Positions 47,157 to 58,375 are shown, numbered from the stretch's first letter. The stretch: DNA of 64,000 nt from an uncultured Faecalibacterium sp. (GCA_964397395.1 CAYNIN010000001.1:1353-65352), one strand, 5' to 3'. Notes: generated by a model not told the origin, from the letters alone. Program-made: numbers and translations.

Positions 47157-48206
47157 TTACAGAAGTTCAATTTCTTTCATAAGTTCGTTTAAAATATCTT
47201 CTTCTTTTACTTTGCGCAATACTTCGCCTTTTCTGAATATCACCGCAGCGCCGTCACCGCCGGCAATGCCGATATCCGCTTCTTTTGCTTCACCGGGGCC
47301 GTTAACAACACAGCCCATTACTGCAACGGTAATATTCTTTTTTACACCTTTGAGTTTTTCTTCCGTTTCCTTTGCAAGAGAAATTAAGTCAATTTTCGTT
47401 CTTCCGCAAGTGGGGCAGGAAACGAGCCTTGGTGTGCTTTTATCAATCCCCACGGCTTTTAAAATATCAAAACCTGCATAAACCTCATTGACGGGCTTGT
47501 CCGTAAGGGAAACTCTTATTGTGTCGCCGATACCTCTTGTGAGAAGTGAGCCGATACCAACGCTTGACTTTATAAGTCCCATTCTTGCAGTGCCCGACTC
47601 CGTAACGCCCAGATGCAAGGGATAGGGACACAAAGAAGCAATTTTTTCATAAGAGGCTATCATATTCCCCACGTCCGAGGACTTGATGGAAATTACGATG
47701 TCGTCAAAGTCAAATTTCTCGAGAAGCCTCACGTGGTAAAGGGCGCTTTCTGCCATAGCCTCGGGAGTGGGTGCACCGTAAGAGGCAAGAATCTCTTTTT
47801 CAAGGGAGCCTGAATTAACTCCTATTCTTATAGGCACTCCCCTTCTCCTGCATTCGTCGGCAACTGCTCTGACTTTTTCGTCGGAACCGATATTGCCCGG
47901 ATTTATACGGATTTTATCCGCACCTGCCGCAAGACTTTCAAGGGCAAGTTTATAATCAAAGTGAATGTCCGCAACAAGAGGTACGGTGATATTTTTCTTC
48001 ACTTCTTCAAGGGTTTTTACGCTTTCTTTGTCGGGAACTGCAATTCTGATTATTTCACAGCCTGCTGTTTCAAGTTCCTTTGCCTGACGGATATTACCCT
48101 CTGTATCATAGGCAGGAATGTTAAGCATTGACTGAACGGTTATTTTACTGTCGCCGCCGATGAATATATCGCCGACTTTAACTTTTTTGCTCTGCCGTCT
48201 TGTCAT
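47157..48206 (-). CDS. ispG: 4-hydroxy-3-methylbut-2-en-1-yl diphosphate synthase
   Basis: IFIGGDSKITVQSM, CPTCGRT and GCVVNGPGE motifs. I chose the ATG at 48206, after GGGAGGAAG. Confidence 0.92.
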   Translation of the reverse strand: MTRRQSKKVKVGDIFIGGDSKITVQSMLNIPAYDTEGNIRQAKELETAGCEIIRIAVPDKESVKTLEEVKKNITVPLVADIHFDYKLALESLAAGADKIRINPGNIGSDEKVRAVADECRRRGVPIRIGVNSGSLEKEILASYGAPTPEAMAESALYHVRLLEKFDFDDIVISIKSSDVGNMIASYEKIASLCPYPLHLGVTESGTARMGLIKSSVGIGSLLTRGIGDTIRVSLTDKPVNEVYAGFDILKAVGIDKSTPRLVSCPTCGRTKIDLISLAKETEEKLKGVKKNITVAVMGCVVNGPGEAKEADIGIAGGDGAAVIFRKGEVLRKVKEEDILNELMKEIELL

Positions 48207-48230
48207 ATTTCTTCCTCCCGCCAAAAAATT

Positions 48231-49517
48231 TTAATAAAAACCTTTACCTGAAATAAGTTTCCATATATCGCTTGCCGATATAATCACCATAAAACCTAAA
48301 AGCAGTACAAGACCTGCGGCATGAATGTAGGACTCATATTTCTGAGGTACGGGTTTTCTGAAAACAAGTTCAAAAACCATAAAGAATAAGTGTCCGCCGT
48401 CAAGGGCAGGTATGGGTAAAAGGTTGAAAAGCCCGATGTTAATGGTAATCATTGCCATGAGCATAAACAGACCGCTCCAATCAACCGAAGCGATGCTTGA
48501 CTGTGCAATGTCCGCAATAACGGTAACTGTGCCGATGGGACCCGCAAGGTCATTGAGTCCGTACTGACCACGAAGCAAATCGAAAAGGCTCAGATACACA
48601 ATTCTGCCCATTGAAAGAGAATAGGAAAAGGCAGCAGAAAGCACATTGAAAACATTCTTTTCTTCACCCAATATCACAAAGTCGAAAAACGTTACCGTTG
48701 CAAGAGGAATATCGGAAAGAGATATTTCTTCTTCCCCTCTTTTTACGGTGAAGTCATAAACATAGTCTTCGTCTTTACCCAGAGAAGCCACAAGTTCTTC
48801 ACCCGTCGTAATTTTTTCGCCGTTAACCGAGGTGATAACATCGTTTTCTTCAAAACCTGCCTCTAAAAGTTCCTCGGAAATGCCGTAAACGGAGCCGTCT
48901 TCCGTATAATAGAAGTTTCCGCTTGTTCGTTTGCCGAATTTAACCTCGTCTAAAACTACCTTTTCGCCGTCACGAAGCACTGTAAATTCATAAGTACCGC
49001 TTGCGTTTCTTTGCATAAAATAGCTGATATCATAATCGGAAAAGACTCTTTTTCCGTCAATTTCAAGAATTTTGTCATTCTCTTTAAGGGCTTGGTTACT
49101 TACCGCACCCTCATAAAACTGCAAAACTGTGTTTGTTCCGACGTATTGCTCACTTGAAACAAGACAGATGCAGACAATAAAACCGAGAATAAGATTGAAC
49201 ACCGCACCTGCGGCAATTATAATCATTCTCTTCCATACTTTCTGGTTGCAGAAAGCTCTTTTGTCATCGCTGTTTTCTTCTTCACCCTCCATACTTACAA
49301 AACCGCCGAAAGGCAGAAGACGGAGAGCATATTTCGTTTCTTTGCCCTGCTTTTTCAGTATCGTCGGGCCCATACCGATGGCAAATTCGTTGACCTTGAC
49401 ACCGAAAAGTTTCGCAAAGATAAAGTGACCGAACTCGTGAATAAAGATAATCAGCCCAAAAAAGAGAATTGCAATAACAAAGGGTATAACCTTAGATAAA
49501 ATCGTTGAAAGTTCCAT
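48231..49517 (-). CDS. rseP: RIP site-2 metalloprotease RseP/RasP
   Basis: HEFGHF zinc motif in TM1, a central PDZ region, and the C-terminal NLLPIPALDGG motif. Confidence 0.9.
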   Translation of the reverse strand: MELSTILSKVIPFVIAILFFGLIIFIHEFGHFIFAKLFGVKVNEFAIGMGPTILKKQGKETKYALRLLPFGGFVSMEGEEENSDDKRAFCNQKVWKRMIIIAAGAVFNLILGFIVCICLVSSEQYVGTNTVLQFYEGAVSNQALKENDKILEIDGKRVFSDYDISYFMQRNASGTYEFTVLRDGEKVVLDEVKFGKRTSGNFYYTEDGSVYGISEELLEAGFEENDVITSVNGEKITTGEELVASLGKDEDYVYDFTVKRGEEEISLSDIPLATVTFFDFVILGEEKNVFNVLSAAFSYSLSMGRIVYLSLFDLLRGQYGLNDLAGPIGTVTVIADIAQSSIASVDWSGLFMLMAMITINIGLFNLLPIPALDGGHLFFMVFELVFRKPVPQKYESYIHAAGLVLLLGFMVIISASDIWKLISGKGFY

Positions 49518-49569
49518 TCTGAAAATTTAAGAGATAAACTCTTACCTTTCTTTAAAATTTATCCGCTTT

Positions 49570-50718
49570 TTACAGTATATGACTTTCCACCGTAAGTCTT
49601 GCATTTTTATCTGCTTCAAGAACGTCGGAAAGGTTGTAATCTTCTTTACTTGCCCCGTTTTCAAGGGCAAAAGATACACAGTCGGCAATTTCAAGGAAAC
49701 CGATTTTTCCCTGTCGGAAAAGTTCGTTTGCCTTTTCGTTGGCACCGTTGACAATTGCAGGGTAAAGTCCGCCTTTTTCAATTGCTTTTCTGCAAAGTGA
49801 AGGACAGATGAAAGTTTCGCTGTCCATTTCAAAAAATGAAAGATTGCCGTACTTTGAAAGGCTGAGTTTCCCCGTCGGCGACTCATACCTTTCAGGGTAG
49901 GTCAGAGCATACTGAATGGGAATCCTCATATCAGGTACGCCGAGTTGTGCAATAACAGAGTTATCTCTGTATTCAACAAGGGAATGCACCACGCTTTCAC
50001 GGTGAATGACTATATCAATCATATCAGGTTTGACATCAAAAAGCCACACCGCTTCAATAAGTTCAAGACCCTTGTTCATCATTGAAGCAGAATCAACGGT
50101 TATCTTTGCACCCATTGACCAGTTAGGGTGATTAAGTGCCTCTTTTACAGTGACATTTTCAAGGTCTTTTCTTTTTTTACTGAAAAAAGGGCCGCCTGAT
50201 GCCGTTAATATAATTGACTTAAGTTCACTCTTTTTATTCATACCCTCAAGACATTGAAAAATTGCACTGTGCTCACTGTCAACGGGCAGAATTTTTACAC
50301 CTTTTTCCCTTGCTCTCTTTGTCACAAGGGCACCGCCTGCCACAAGGGTTTCCTTATTGGCAAGGGCGATATTTTTCTTTTCGTCAATCGCCGTAAGAGT
50401 AGGCATTAGTCCTGCAATGCCCACAAGGGAGTTAAGCACCGTGTCGGCGTCTTTTGCCGCCGCACATTCGCAAACACCCTCTGCCCCCGAGAAAATTTTT
50501 GTATTCGTATCGGCAACAAGAGTTCTGAGTTCAGATGCCGCTTTTTCGTCAGCCATAGCGGCAAAGTCGGGTTTAAACTTTCTTATCTGCCTTTCCATCA
50601 ACTTAACGTTGCTTCCTGCGGCAAGAGAAACCACCTTTATGTTTCTCTTTTCGGCAACCTGAAGTGCCTGGGTGCCGATGGAGCCCGTTGAGCCTAAAAT
50701 TGAAATTTTCTCTGTCAT
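49570..50718 (-). CDS. dxr: 1-deoxy-D-xylulose 5-phosphate reductoisomerase
   Basis: ILGSTGSIGTQAL, LANKETLV, PVDSEHSAIFQC and NHPNWSMG. I chose the ATG at 50718, after GAGGAG. Confidence 0.93.
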   Translation of the reverse strand: MTEKISILGSTGSIGTQALQVAEKRNIKVVSLAAGSNVKLMERQIRKFKPDFAAMADEKAASELRTLVADTNTKIFSGAEGVCECAAAKDADTVLNSLVGIAGLMPTLTAIDEKKNIALANKETLVAGGALVTKRAREKGVKILPVDSEHSAIFQCLEGMNKKSELKSIILTASGGPFFSKKRKDLENVTVKEALNHPNWSMGAKITVDSASMMNKGLELIEAVWLFDVKPDMIDIVIHRESVVHSLVEYRDNSVIAQLGVPDMRIPIQYALTYPERYESPTGKLSLSKYGNLSFFEMDSETFICPSLCRKAIEKGGLYPAIVNGANEKANELFRQGKIGFLEIADCVSFALENGASKEDYNLSDVLEADKNARLTVESHIL

Positions 50719-50745
50719 AAGACAACTCCTCAAAGGATAATACTG

Positions 50746-51654
50746 TTAAAACTGAAAATTGATTAAAGCGAAAATGCCGTAGAGAGCAGGTGCAACAAAG
50801 GTACAACTGTCAAAACGGTCCATAATACCGCCGTGACCCGGAAGCAGTTGACTGTAATCTTTGATGCCGAAGTTTCTCTTGAGCACCGATGCGGCAAGGT
50901 CGCCTATCATACTTACAAAGGAAAGCACCATTGAAATGGGTATAATGTAAAGATACTTCGCAGCACTGTCGCCGAAGATTTTATATCCCATAACCTTTTC
51001 ACCGATAAGGTCAAAGGCAAGAAGGAGTATAACGTTGAAAACGGCAGTTACAACAATACCGCCGATTGCACCCTCAACAGACTTCTTGGGACTGATAACG
51101 GGTGCCATTTTATGTTTGCCGAACTTTCTGCCCACAAGGTAAGCAAAAGAGTCCGTTATCCATGAACAAGCGAAAGCAAGACCTACAAGGTATGTACCCT
51201 CATAATGACTGTAACTTTCGTTAAGTTCTGCAATATTATTAAGTCTGATGAAGCAGGAAAATGCATAGGGAATTGCAACGGAAGCAAAGAATGCCGTTAC
51301 GGTGTGGGTGAAAACGATGTTCTTGTTGTCAAAAACGTTCAGCGAGAGAAGTAAAAGAACATAGAAACTCAGAAGCACACCCGAGGGAATCGTGATGCCG
51401 AAGCCCACACTGAGCACACTGAAAGCACCAACGGCACAGGAAACGACATAGAGAAGTTTATTTTTTGTTCCTACTGCTCTCACAACTTCAAAAACTGCAA
51501 TTGCGGCAAGGGCAGCGAGTATAACCGTCATAACGGGCACCCAATCTTTTATTACCGTTACAAGAAAGAGGATAAGTCCGATGATGATTTTTATTGTTGA
51601 AGCCGTTCTTTCCCCTTTGAAAATCTTTTTCTTTTCTTTTGTTTTGTTTGACAC
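50746..51654 (-). CDS. cdsA: Phosphatidate cytidylyltransferase
   Basis: Multi-TM. SPKKSVEGAIGG and the C-terminal GHGGIMDRFDS signature. Probable GTG start. Confidence 0.88.
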   Translation of the reverse strand: MSNKTKEKKKIFKGERTASTIKIIIGLILFLVTVIKDWVPVMTVILAALAAIAVFEVVRAVGTKNKLLYVVSCAVGAFSVLSVGFGITIPSGVLLSFYVLLLLSLNVFDNKNIVFTHTVTAFFASVAIPYAFSCFIRLNNIAELNESYSHYEGTYLVGLAFACSWITDSFAYLVGRKFGKHKMAPVISPKKSVEGAIGGIVVTAVFNVILLLAFDLIGEKVMGYKIFGDSAAKYLYIIPISMVLSFVSMIGDLAASVLKRNFGIKDYSQLLPGHGGIMDRFDSCTFVAPALYGIFALINFQF

Positions 51655-51687
51655 TTTAATTTCCGCCTTTCTTTTTAAGGTGACACC

Positions 51688-52410
51688 TTATACACCGCCG
51701 AAACGACGGTTTCGTTTAGAATATTCCTCTATTGCTCTGTCTAAATCTTTTGAAGTGTAATCAGGCCAGAGAATATCGTCAATGAAAATTTCACTGTAAG
51801 CACTCTGCCATAAAAGGAAGTTTGAGAGTCTGTATTCCCCGCTGGGTCTTATTATCAGATCCGGGTCGGGCTGACCTGCCGTATAAAGATAAGAGGAAAT
51901 CAGTTCCTCGTCTATTTCTTCGGTGACAAGTCCGCCTTCTTTTACCTTACGGGCAATAGCCTTTACGGCATCGGTTAATTCGGTACGGGCGCCGTAGTTA
52001 AAGGCAATGTTGATATTTATTTTTTTCTTGTCTTTTGTTCTCTCACGGGTTTCCTCCATAAGTTTAACTACATCTTCGGGCATACCCACTCTTGAGCCGA
52101 GAAAACGGATTCTGTATCCTTCTTTCTCGTTTTCCTTTGCTCTTTCTTCAAGTTCATCAAGATATTTTCTCAAAAGATTCATTATCCCCGCAACTTCTGC
52201 GGCAGACCTTTTCCAATTCTCCGTTGAAAAAGCGTAAAAGGTCACGTACTCGATACCGATTTCGGCACAGTAGGAGCAAATCTGTTTGAAAACTTCGGCA
52301 CCTTTTTTGTGCCCGTGGCTTCTGGGAAGACCTCTTTGCTTTGCCCATCTTCCGTTTCCGTCCATAATGATTGCGATATGCCTTGGTAAAAGTGAGGATT
52401 TGTTTTCCAT
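51688..52410 (-). CDS. uppS: Di-trans,poly-cis-undecaprenyl-diphosphate synthase
   Basis: HIAIIMDGNGRWA, FSTENWKR and RLSNFLLWQ motifs. Confidence 0.93.
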   Translation of the reverse strand: MENKSSLLPRHIAIIMDGNGRWAKQRGLPRSHGHKKGAEVFKQICSYCAEIGIEYVTFYAFSTENWKRSAAEVAGIMNLLRKYLDELEERAKENEKEGYRIRFLGSRVGMPEDVVKLMEETRERTKDKKKININIAFNYGARTELTDAVKAIARKVKEGGLVTEEIDEELISSYLYTAGQPDPDLIIRPSGEYRLSNFLLWQSAYSEIFIDDILWPDYTSKDLDRAIEEYSKRNRRFGGV

Positions 52411-52519
52411 AAATCTACTTCCAATCTTGAATTTTAAGCCATAAAAAGAGAAAAAACAAACACCTTAATAAAACACCAACAGTGGCTATCCGACAGAATA
52501 GCCACCATGTAATTTTTCT

Positions 52520-53074
52520 TTATACAGACATAATTTCTTTCTGCTTTGCTGCGGAAATATCGTCAATCTCCTTGATAAAGCCGTCGGTGATTTTCTGAAT
52601 TTCCTTTTCGCCGTCTTTAAGGTCGTCCTCTGTGATTTCTGAATTTTTCTTCATAGCCTTGAGTTTTTCAAGACAGTCACGGCGGATTGAACGGGCGGCA
52701 ACTTTTGAGTTTTCAGCAATTTTCTGAATATCCTTAACAAGTTCCTTACGTCTGTCTTCGGTAAGAGGAGGGAATGTGAGGCGGATAATTGAGCCGTCAT
52801 TCTGAGGATTGATGCCGATATCTGAAGTCTGGATTGCTTTTTCAATTGCTTTGAGAACACTCTTGTCCCAGGGCTGAATTGTGAGCACTCTTGCTTCTGC
52901 AACGGCAACGGAAGCGAGCTGGTTAATCGGAGTAGGTGTGCCGTAATAGTCAACGGTTACTTTGTCAAGAATCTGGGGATTTGCTCTGCCTGCTCTGATT
53001 GCACCGTACTCTGTAACAAGAGCGTTAACGGTTTTGCCCATTTTGCTTTTTGCGATTTCATATACTGCTTTCAT
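52520..53074 (-). CDS. frr: Ribosome recycling factor
   Basis: 184 aa. IRAGRANPQILD, and the RRD..K segment in SIRRDCLEKLK. Confidence 0.93.
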   Translation of the reverse strand: MKAVYEIAKSKMGKTVNALVTEYGAIRAGRANPQILDKVTVDYYGTPTPINQLASVAVAEARVLTIQPWDKSVLKAIEKAIQTSDIGINPQNDGSIIRLTFPPLTEDRRKELVKDIQKIAENSKVAARSIRRDCLEKLKAMKKNSEITEDDLKDGEKEIQKITDGFIKEIDDISAAKQKEIMSV

Positions 53075-53113
53075 AAGATATTTCCTCTCTTTATGTAAAT
53101 TGTTTTAATTTTA

Positions 53114-53821
53114 TTATTCACTTACAACGGTACCGATATTCTCACCCTGAACCGCTCTTACGATGTTATCGTAATCATTAAGGTTAAAAACAAGAATATC
53201 AATGTTGTTATCTCTGCAAAGAGAAGCTGCCGTTGCGTCCATAACTTTAAGACCCTTTGAAAGAACTTCCGAATGAGTAAGAGTGTCAAACTTCACTGCA
53301 TCGTCAAACTTATTGGGATCCTTGTCGTATACACCGTCAACATTGGTTGCCTTGAAGATGATTTCAGCGCCGATTTCTGCGGCACGCAAAGCAGCCGTTG
53401 TATCAGTTGAAAAGAAGGGACAACCGATACCTGCACCGAAAATTACAACTTCGCCTTTTTCAAGATGCTCAACGGCACCTCTTTTTGTATAGGGGTCTGC
53501 CACAAGGGGCATGGAAATAGCCGTCTGAACATAGGCTTTGACACCCATCTGCTCAAGGGTATCACAAAGAGCGAGAGCGTTGATACAAGTGGCAAGCATA
53601 CCCATATGGTCTGCTCTTGTTCTGTCCATTTCACCGCTGCTTCTGCCTCTCCAGAAATTACCGCCGCCGACAACAAGCCCAATCTGTGTGCCGAGTTCGG
53701 TACATTTTTTAATTCTCTGACAAACGTCATTTACAATTTCAAAATTGATACCCTTGCCCTCTTCGCCTGCGAGAACTTCGCCGCTGAGTTTGAGGAGTAT
53801 TCTTTTATATTTACTTTGCAT
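53114..53821 (-). CDS. pyrH: UMP kinase
   Basis: [21 protein letters not shown] and [12 protein letters not shown] chose the ATG at 53821, 6 nt after GGAGGTG. Confidence 0.93.
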   Translation of the reverse strand: MQSKYKRILLKLSGEVLAGEEGKGINFEIVNDVCQRIKKCTELGTQIGLVVGGGNFWRGRSSGEMDRTRADHMGMLATCINALALCDTLEQMGVKAYVQTAISMPLVADPYTKRGAVEHLEKGEVVIFGAGIGCPFFSTDTTAALRAAEIGAEIIFKATNVDGVYDKDPNKFDDAVKFDTLTHSEVLSKGLKVMDATAASLCRDNNIDILVFNLNDYDNIVRAVQGENIGTVVSE

Positions 53822-53892
53822 TTTAAGCACCTCCATGTATCTTTTATTTTACTAAATATAACTAAAACTGTAAAGCCTTTTCAGAATTTTTC

Positions 53893-55248
53893 TTAAACAA
53901 TTTTTATATTTTCATATTCTTCAAAAGCACTTTCGGCAGTAAATCTTACTGTTTCAAGATTTTCCACCTTTTCGCAGTAAAGACCGTGAGCGTAACTTTC
54001 GCAGACATTCTTATAATCTGCTCTGACTTTCATAAGCAGAACGTCTTTTGCGTTCTTGATGAAAATGCAGGAATTTTTGCTTTCGGTAATACCCACGTCA
54101 ACAGCAGGGCGAAGGTCATAAATTCCGCAGTCCCACTTTGAAGTTTTGTCAAGTGTAACCTTAACGTTTTCAAAGGAGATGTCTTCAATGGGGTTGTTTT
54201 CCGTACCGTGAACAAGAATACCGTTTTCACCGCAGCAGGTGATGTTGCTGAAACGTACATTTTTAATGTGACCGCAGACGGTATTTTCATCACGGCGGAA
54301 AGCGGTAATTGCAATAGGTTCTGCACTGCCCCACCAATCAGGACAGAAACGTCTGGTTTCAATGATGATGTTGGAGAAACTTACATTTTCAACGTTACCG
54401 CCGTCACGAATCTGAATGGAGATACCTCTGTTCGACTTGGAGATAACGCAGTTATCAACAATAACGTTACGGAAGTTGCCCACACCTTCGGTGCCGATTT
54501 TAAGAGCGGCAGAGGTTGAAGTAAGGGTACAGCCCGTAATAACGATATTTTCGCAGGGACCGTATTCACTGTTACCCTTTGAAGTCTTAAGGCAGATACA
54601 GTCGTCGGCACAGACAACGTGGCAACCGACGATTCTTACATTTGAGCAGTGGTCGGGGTCGATACCGTCACTGTTGGCAACATCAATGGGGTTGAGGATA
54701 CGGATATTTGAAATAAGCACATCGTTACAGCCTGCAGGGTGGAGAGTCCAGAAAGGTGCGTCTTTCACCGTTACGTCTTTGACTGTGATATGATGACTGT
54801 TTTCGATATAGATTGTTGTGGGTCTCGGATAGAAGTTACCCGTAACATAATACTGACTCTTTCTTTCAACAAAAGCGTAGCAGTTGCCGTCGATAACACC
54901 CTCGCCGCTTATAGTGCAGTTATCTGCACCGTAGCCGTAAATAAAAGCAAAGGAGGGTTTGCCCGTCACGGGATTTCCCACAAGAGCAGTTTTGGGGTCG
55001 TTAATGGTTTCGCAGGGTCTTATATAAGAGTCAATGTCGGCGCTTGCTTTAAGGTGTGCGCCTTTTTGCAGGTGAAGGTCAACATTTGCCTTAATCGCAA
55101 TAGAGTGACTGTAATATTCGCCGCTTTCAAGCACAACCCTGCCGCCGCCGTTTTCGTGACAGGTATCAATTGCTTTCTGTATTGCATTGCCGTCGTCGTG
55201 TTTTCCGTCACATACGGCGCCGAAATCTTTTACGTTATATAATTTCAT
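53893..55248 (-). CDS. Glycoside hydrolase family 28 (polygalacturonase-like, right-handed beta-helix)
   Basis: N-terminal VKDFGAVCDGKHDDGNAIQKAI, catalytic-region NSDGIDPD and ADDCICLK, and RGISIQ. Confidence 0.8.
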   Translation of the reverse strand: MKLYNVKDFGAVCDGKHDDGNAIQKAIDTCHENGGGRVVLESGEYYSHSIAIKANVDLHLQKGAHLKASADIDSYIRPCETINDPKTALVGNPVTGKPSFAFIYGYGADNCTISGEGVIDGNCYAFVERKSQYYVTGNFYPRPTTIYIENSHHITVKDVTVKDAPFWTLHPAGCNDVLISNIRILNPIDVANSDGIDPDHCSNVRIVGCHVVCADDCICLKTSKGNSEYGPCENIVITGCTLTSTSAALKIGTEGVGNFRNVIVDNCVISKSNRGISIQIRDGGNVENVSFSNIIIETRRFCPDWWGSAEPIAITAFRRDENTVCGHIKNVRFSNITCCGENGILVHGTENNPIEDISFENVKVTLDKTSKWDCGIYDLRPAVDVGITESKNSCIFIKNAKDVLLMKVRADYKNVCESYAHGLYCEKVENLETVRFTAESAFEEYENIKIV

Positions 55249-55262
55249 AGTGAATTTCTCCT

Positions 55263-57665
55263 TTACACTTTTTCTAATTTTGCATAATTTGCCATCAGTT
55301 TCTTTGTACTTCCGCCCTCAAAGGCAATTTCAAGCATTGCATCGTTTGCAACGGGTTTCGAGGAAAGAACAACACCTTTGCCGAAAACCTTATGCATAAC
55401 CGTGTCGCCCACATTGTACTGCACTTTCGGTGCGGCGGATTTACTCTGTACGGTCTGCTTGTTTCTTGCAAGGTATCCGTTACCCGTAAAGGCACTGCGG
55501 TCGCTTGCATCAATTCTGTCCTGTCTTTCATAGTCACCTCTTGCCAGAGCCTCAAAGGACATCTGCGACGAGGGACGTCTGCCGATTTTTTCCGTCAGGG
55601 CATCGGGGATTTCCAGAACAAAACGTGAGGGAAGATTACGGTGCGTTGTACCAAAGAGCATTCTTGAATTTGCGTGAGATAAGAAAAGTTTTCTCTTGGC
55701 TCTTGTTATACCGACATAGGCAAGTCGCCTTTCTTCCTCAACATCGTCGGGGTTGAACATACTCTGCACACCCGGGAAAATCGTTTCTTCCATACCGGGA
55801 ATGAAAACAACGGGAAATTCAAGACCCTTTGCCGAGTGGATTGTCATAAGGACTACGGCATCCTGCTGGGCGTTATAGTTATCAAGGTCGGTCATAAGAG
55901 CAACTTCTTCAAGGAAGCCCGAAAGTGTAGGTTCCTCGGCTTCATTCTGATAAGTTTTCAGGTTAGAAACAAGTTCGTATATGTTCTCGACTCTTTCTTC
56001 GCCCTTTTCTTTATCAAGGCGAAGATGAGCAATATAATCCGTCTTTCTTAAAACATCGTCAAAGAGTTCATCAAGAGGCAATTTGTCGATGTTCTCCCTC
56101 ATGGATTCAATACTTTCAGTAAAGAGCATCAACTTTTTGGCGCTTCGTTTGAGAGCCTCATACTCGTCAGCGTGAGAGAAAACCTCAAAGAGAGATATTC
56201 CGAGACCCGACGCAATTTCACTCGCCTTGTTTACCGTAGTGTCGCCGATGCCCCTTTTGGGCACATTAACAATTCTGCGCAGCCTTACGTTATCACCGGG
56301 ATTGTTTACCACCGTCAGATATGCAATCGCATCACGGATTTCCGCTCTTTCATAGAAACGGAAACCGCCGATAATTTTATAGGGTATGCCCGCCCTTACA
56401 AGTACATTTTCAAGGTTATTGGACTGGGCATTCATTCGGTAAAGAATTGCGTGGTCGCTGAAAGTGAACTTGCCTGAACTGACGTTTTCTTCGATTGTTT
56501 CCGCAATGAATTTTGCTTCGTCGGTTTCATCGTAAGCGGTATTGATAACTACCTTATCACCGCCGCCGTTGGCAGTCCAGAGGCTTTTGCCCTTTCGCTT
56601 TTTGTTGTTGGAGATAACCTCGTTGGCAACATCGAGAATCGTCTGGGTTGAGCGGTAGTTCTGCTCAAGACGGATTATCTGACTTTCCGCATATCTGTGT
56701 TCAAAGGAAAGTATATTTTCAATCGTTGCGCCACGGAAACGGTAGATACTCTGGTCATCGTCACCGACAACACAGATGTTTCTGTGACCTGCCGCAAGAA
56801 GTTCCGTCAGTCTGTACTGTGCGTGGTTTGTATCCTGATACTCGTCTACCATTATGTATCTGAATTTGCGTTGATAGTAACCTCTTACGTCGGGGTACTC
56901 CTCAAGAAGTTTAACGGTATTTACAATAATATCATCAAAGTCCATTGCATCGGAATTTTTCAGTTCTTTCTGGTACATTTTATAGACTTTGCCGATTTGC
57001 GCCTTTCTTGCATCCTTACCTGCCGAGGCTATATAATCCTCGGGAGAAACAAGGCTGTCCTTTGCGTGACTGATTTCATTAACAACAGTCTTGACAGGGA
57101 GAACGGCATCGCTTATACCCAATTGCCTCTGGCACTCTTTGACGAGCCTTTTGGTGTCGTCGGAATCGTAAATCGTGAAGTTTTTACTGTAACCGAGAAC
57201 TTCGCCGTCTTTTCTGAGTATTCTCACACAGCAGGAGTGGAAAGTTGAAGCCCAGATGTCCCCCGCCTCGTCGCCGAGCATTTTTTCAAGACGCTCTTTA
57301 AGTTCGTTTGCCGCCTTGTTGGTAAAGGTGATGGCAAGTATCTGCCAGGGTCTTGCAGGGTCAACGGCAATCAGATCCTCAATATCAAACATCGCATCGG
57401 TATCGCCGTCAAGATATGCTTTCATCAGACGTATATCTCTTTCACTCGGCTCAAAGGCAACTTCTTTGCTGTGATATGCGTCACCGTATTTTACGATATT
57501 TGCAATACGGTTAACGAGTACCGTTGTTTTGCCGCTTCCTGCACCTGCAAGAATGAGCACGGGGCCGTTGACCTGAAAGATAGCCTGCTGCTGTTTGTCA
57601 TTCATATATTTGAAATCATTCTCGATGATTTTCTTTCTGAGTTCAAAAAATTCTTTAGATGCCAT
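55263..57665 (-). CDS. pcrA: ATP-dependent DNA helicase PcrA/UvrD
   Basis: AGAGSGKTT (motif I), VDEYQDTN (motif II), the SF1 motifs, and a C-terminal Tudor-like VGDTVMHKVFGKGVV. Confidence 0.92.
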   Translation of the reverse strand: MASKEFFELRKKIIENDFKYMNDKQQQAIFQVNGPVLILAGAGSGKTTVLVNRIANIVKYGDAYHSKEVAFEPSERDIRLMKAYLDGDTDAMFDIEDLIAVDPARPWQILAITFTNKAANELKERLEKMLGDEAGDIWASTFHSCCVRILRKDGEVLGYSKNFTIYDSDDTKRLVKECQRQLGISDAVLPVKTVVNEISHAKDSLVSPEDYIASAGKDARKAQIGKVYKMYQKELKNSDAMDFDDIIVNTVKLLEEYPDVRGYYQRKFRYIMVDEYQDTNHAQYRLTELLAAGHRNICVVGDDDQSIYRFRGATIENILSFEHRYAESQIIRLEQNYRSTQTILDVANEVISNNKKRKGKSLWTANGGGDKVVINTAYDETDEAKFIAETIEENVSSGKFTFSDHAILYRMNAQSNNLENVLVRAGIPYKIIGGFRFYERAEIRDAIAYLTVVNNPGDNVRLRRIVNVPKRGIGDTTVNKASEIASGLGISLFEVFSHADEYEALKRSAKKLMLFTESIESMRENIDKLPLDELFDDVLRKTDYIAHLRLDKEKGEERVENIYELVSNLKTYQNEAEEPTLSGFLEEVALMTDLDNYNAQQDAVVLMTIHSAKGLEFPVVFIPGMEETIFPGVQSMFNPDDVEEERRLAYVGITRAKRKLFLSHANSRMLFGTTHRNLPSRFVLEIPDALTEKIGRRPSSQMSFEALARGDYERQDRIDASDRSAFTGNGYLARNKQTVQSKSAAPKVQYNVGDTVMHKVFGKGVVLSSKPVANDAMLEIAFEGGSTKKLMANYAKLEKV

Positions 57666-57839
57666 ATTTACCTCTTACCGAATCCGTTTTCGCAGACGGA
57701 TTTCTAACTTTAAACATACACTGTAATTTTACATTATCCTAAAGAAAATTACAACCATTAAAAGTAAATATTATTATTTTTTCTTGACTGCCCACCCCAA
57801 AAGCAGTACAATAGGAAAAAACTCAAAGGAATGATATAT

Positions 57840-58313
57840 ATGGCAATTGAAAAAGTCAGGGACTATTTCAGTCAGTTCGGTATGGAAAACAGAATAATGG
57901 AATTTGACGTTTCTTCTGCAACCGTTGAACTTGCGGCAAAGGCTCTCGGCACCCAGGGAAAGAGAATTGCAAAAACTCTTTCATTTCACCTTGACAGCGG
58001 TGCAATTCTCATTGTTGCCGCAGGTGACGGCAGAGTTGACAACAAAAAATTCAAAGCAACTTTCTCACAGAAAGCAAAAATGCTCTCTTTTGACGAAGTT
58101 GAACAAATGACAGGCCATGCCGTCGGCGGTGTTTGTCCTTTCGGAATAAATGAGGGTGTCAGGGTTTATCTTGACGAAGGGCTCAAACGTTTCGATACGG
58201 TTTTTCCTGCCTGCGGAAGCAGTAACAGCGCAATTGAACTGACCGTTGAGGAACTTGAAAAATACTCAAAGGCAGACGGCTGGGTTGACGTGTGCAAAAC
58301 ACCCGAAGAATGA
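57840..58313 (+). CDS. YbaK/EbsC-family aminoacyl-tRNA deacylase domain protein
   Basis: 157 aa. TGHAVGGVCPFG motif. I chose the ATG at 57840, 9 nt after AAAGGA. Confidence 0.75.
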   Translation: MAIEKVRDYFSQFGMENRIMEFDVSSATVELAAKALGTQGKRIAKTLSFHLDSGAILIVAAGDGRVDNKKFKATFSQKAKMLSFDEVEQMTGHAVGGVCPFGINEGVRVYLDEGLKRFDTVFPACGSSNSAIELTVEELEKYSKADGWVDVCKTPEE

Positions 58314-58320
58314 TTCATAC

Positions 58321-58353
58321 AAAAAAGCGAGGCACACTTTATCAGTGTGCCTC
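58321..58353 (-). terminator. Terminator after small ORF P1 (probably also serves the ybaK-like gene)
   Basis: Stem gaggcacact / agtgtgcctc with a 5-nt loop. The minus strand continues gctttttt. Confidence 0.7.
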
Positions 58354-58375
58354 ATGTTTCGCTTTAAAGGGTTAA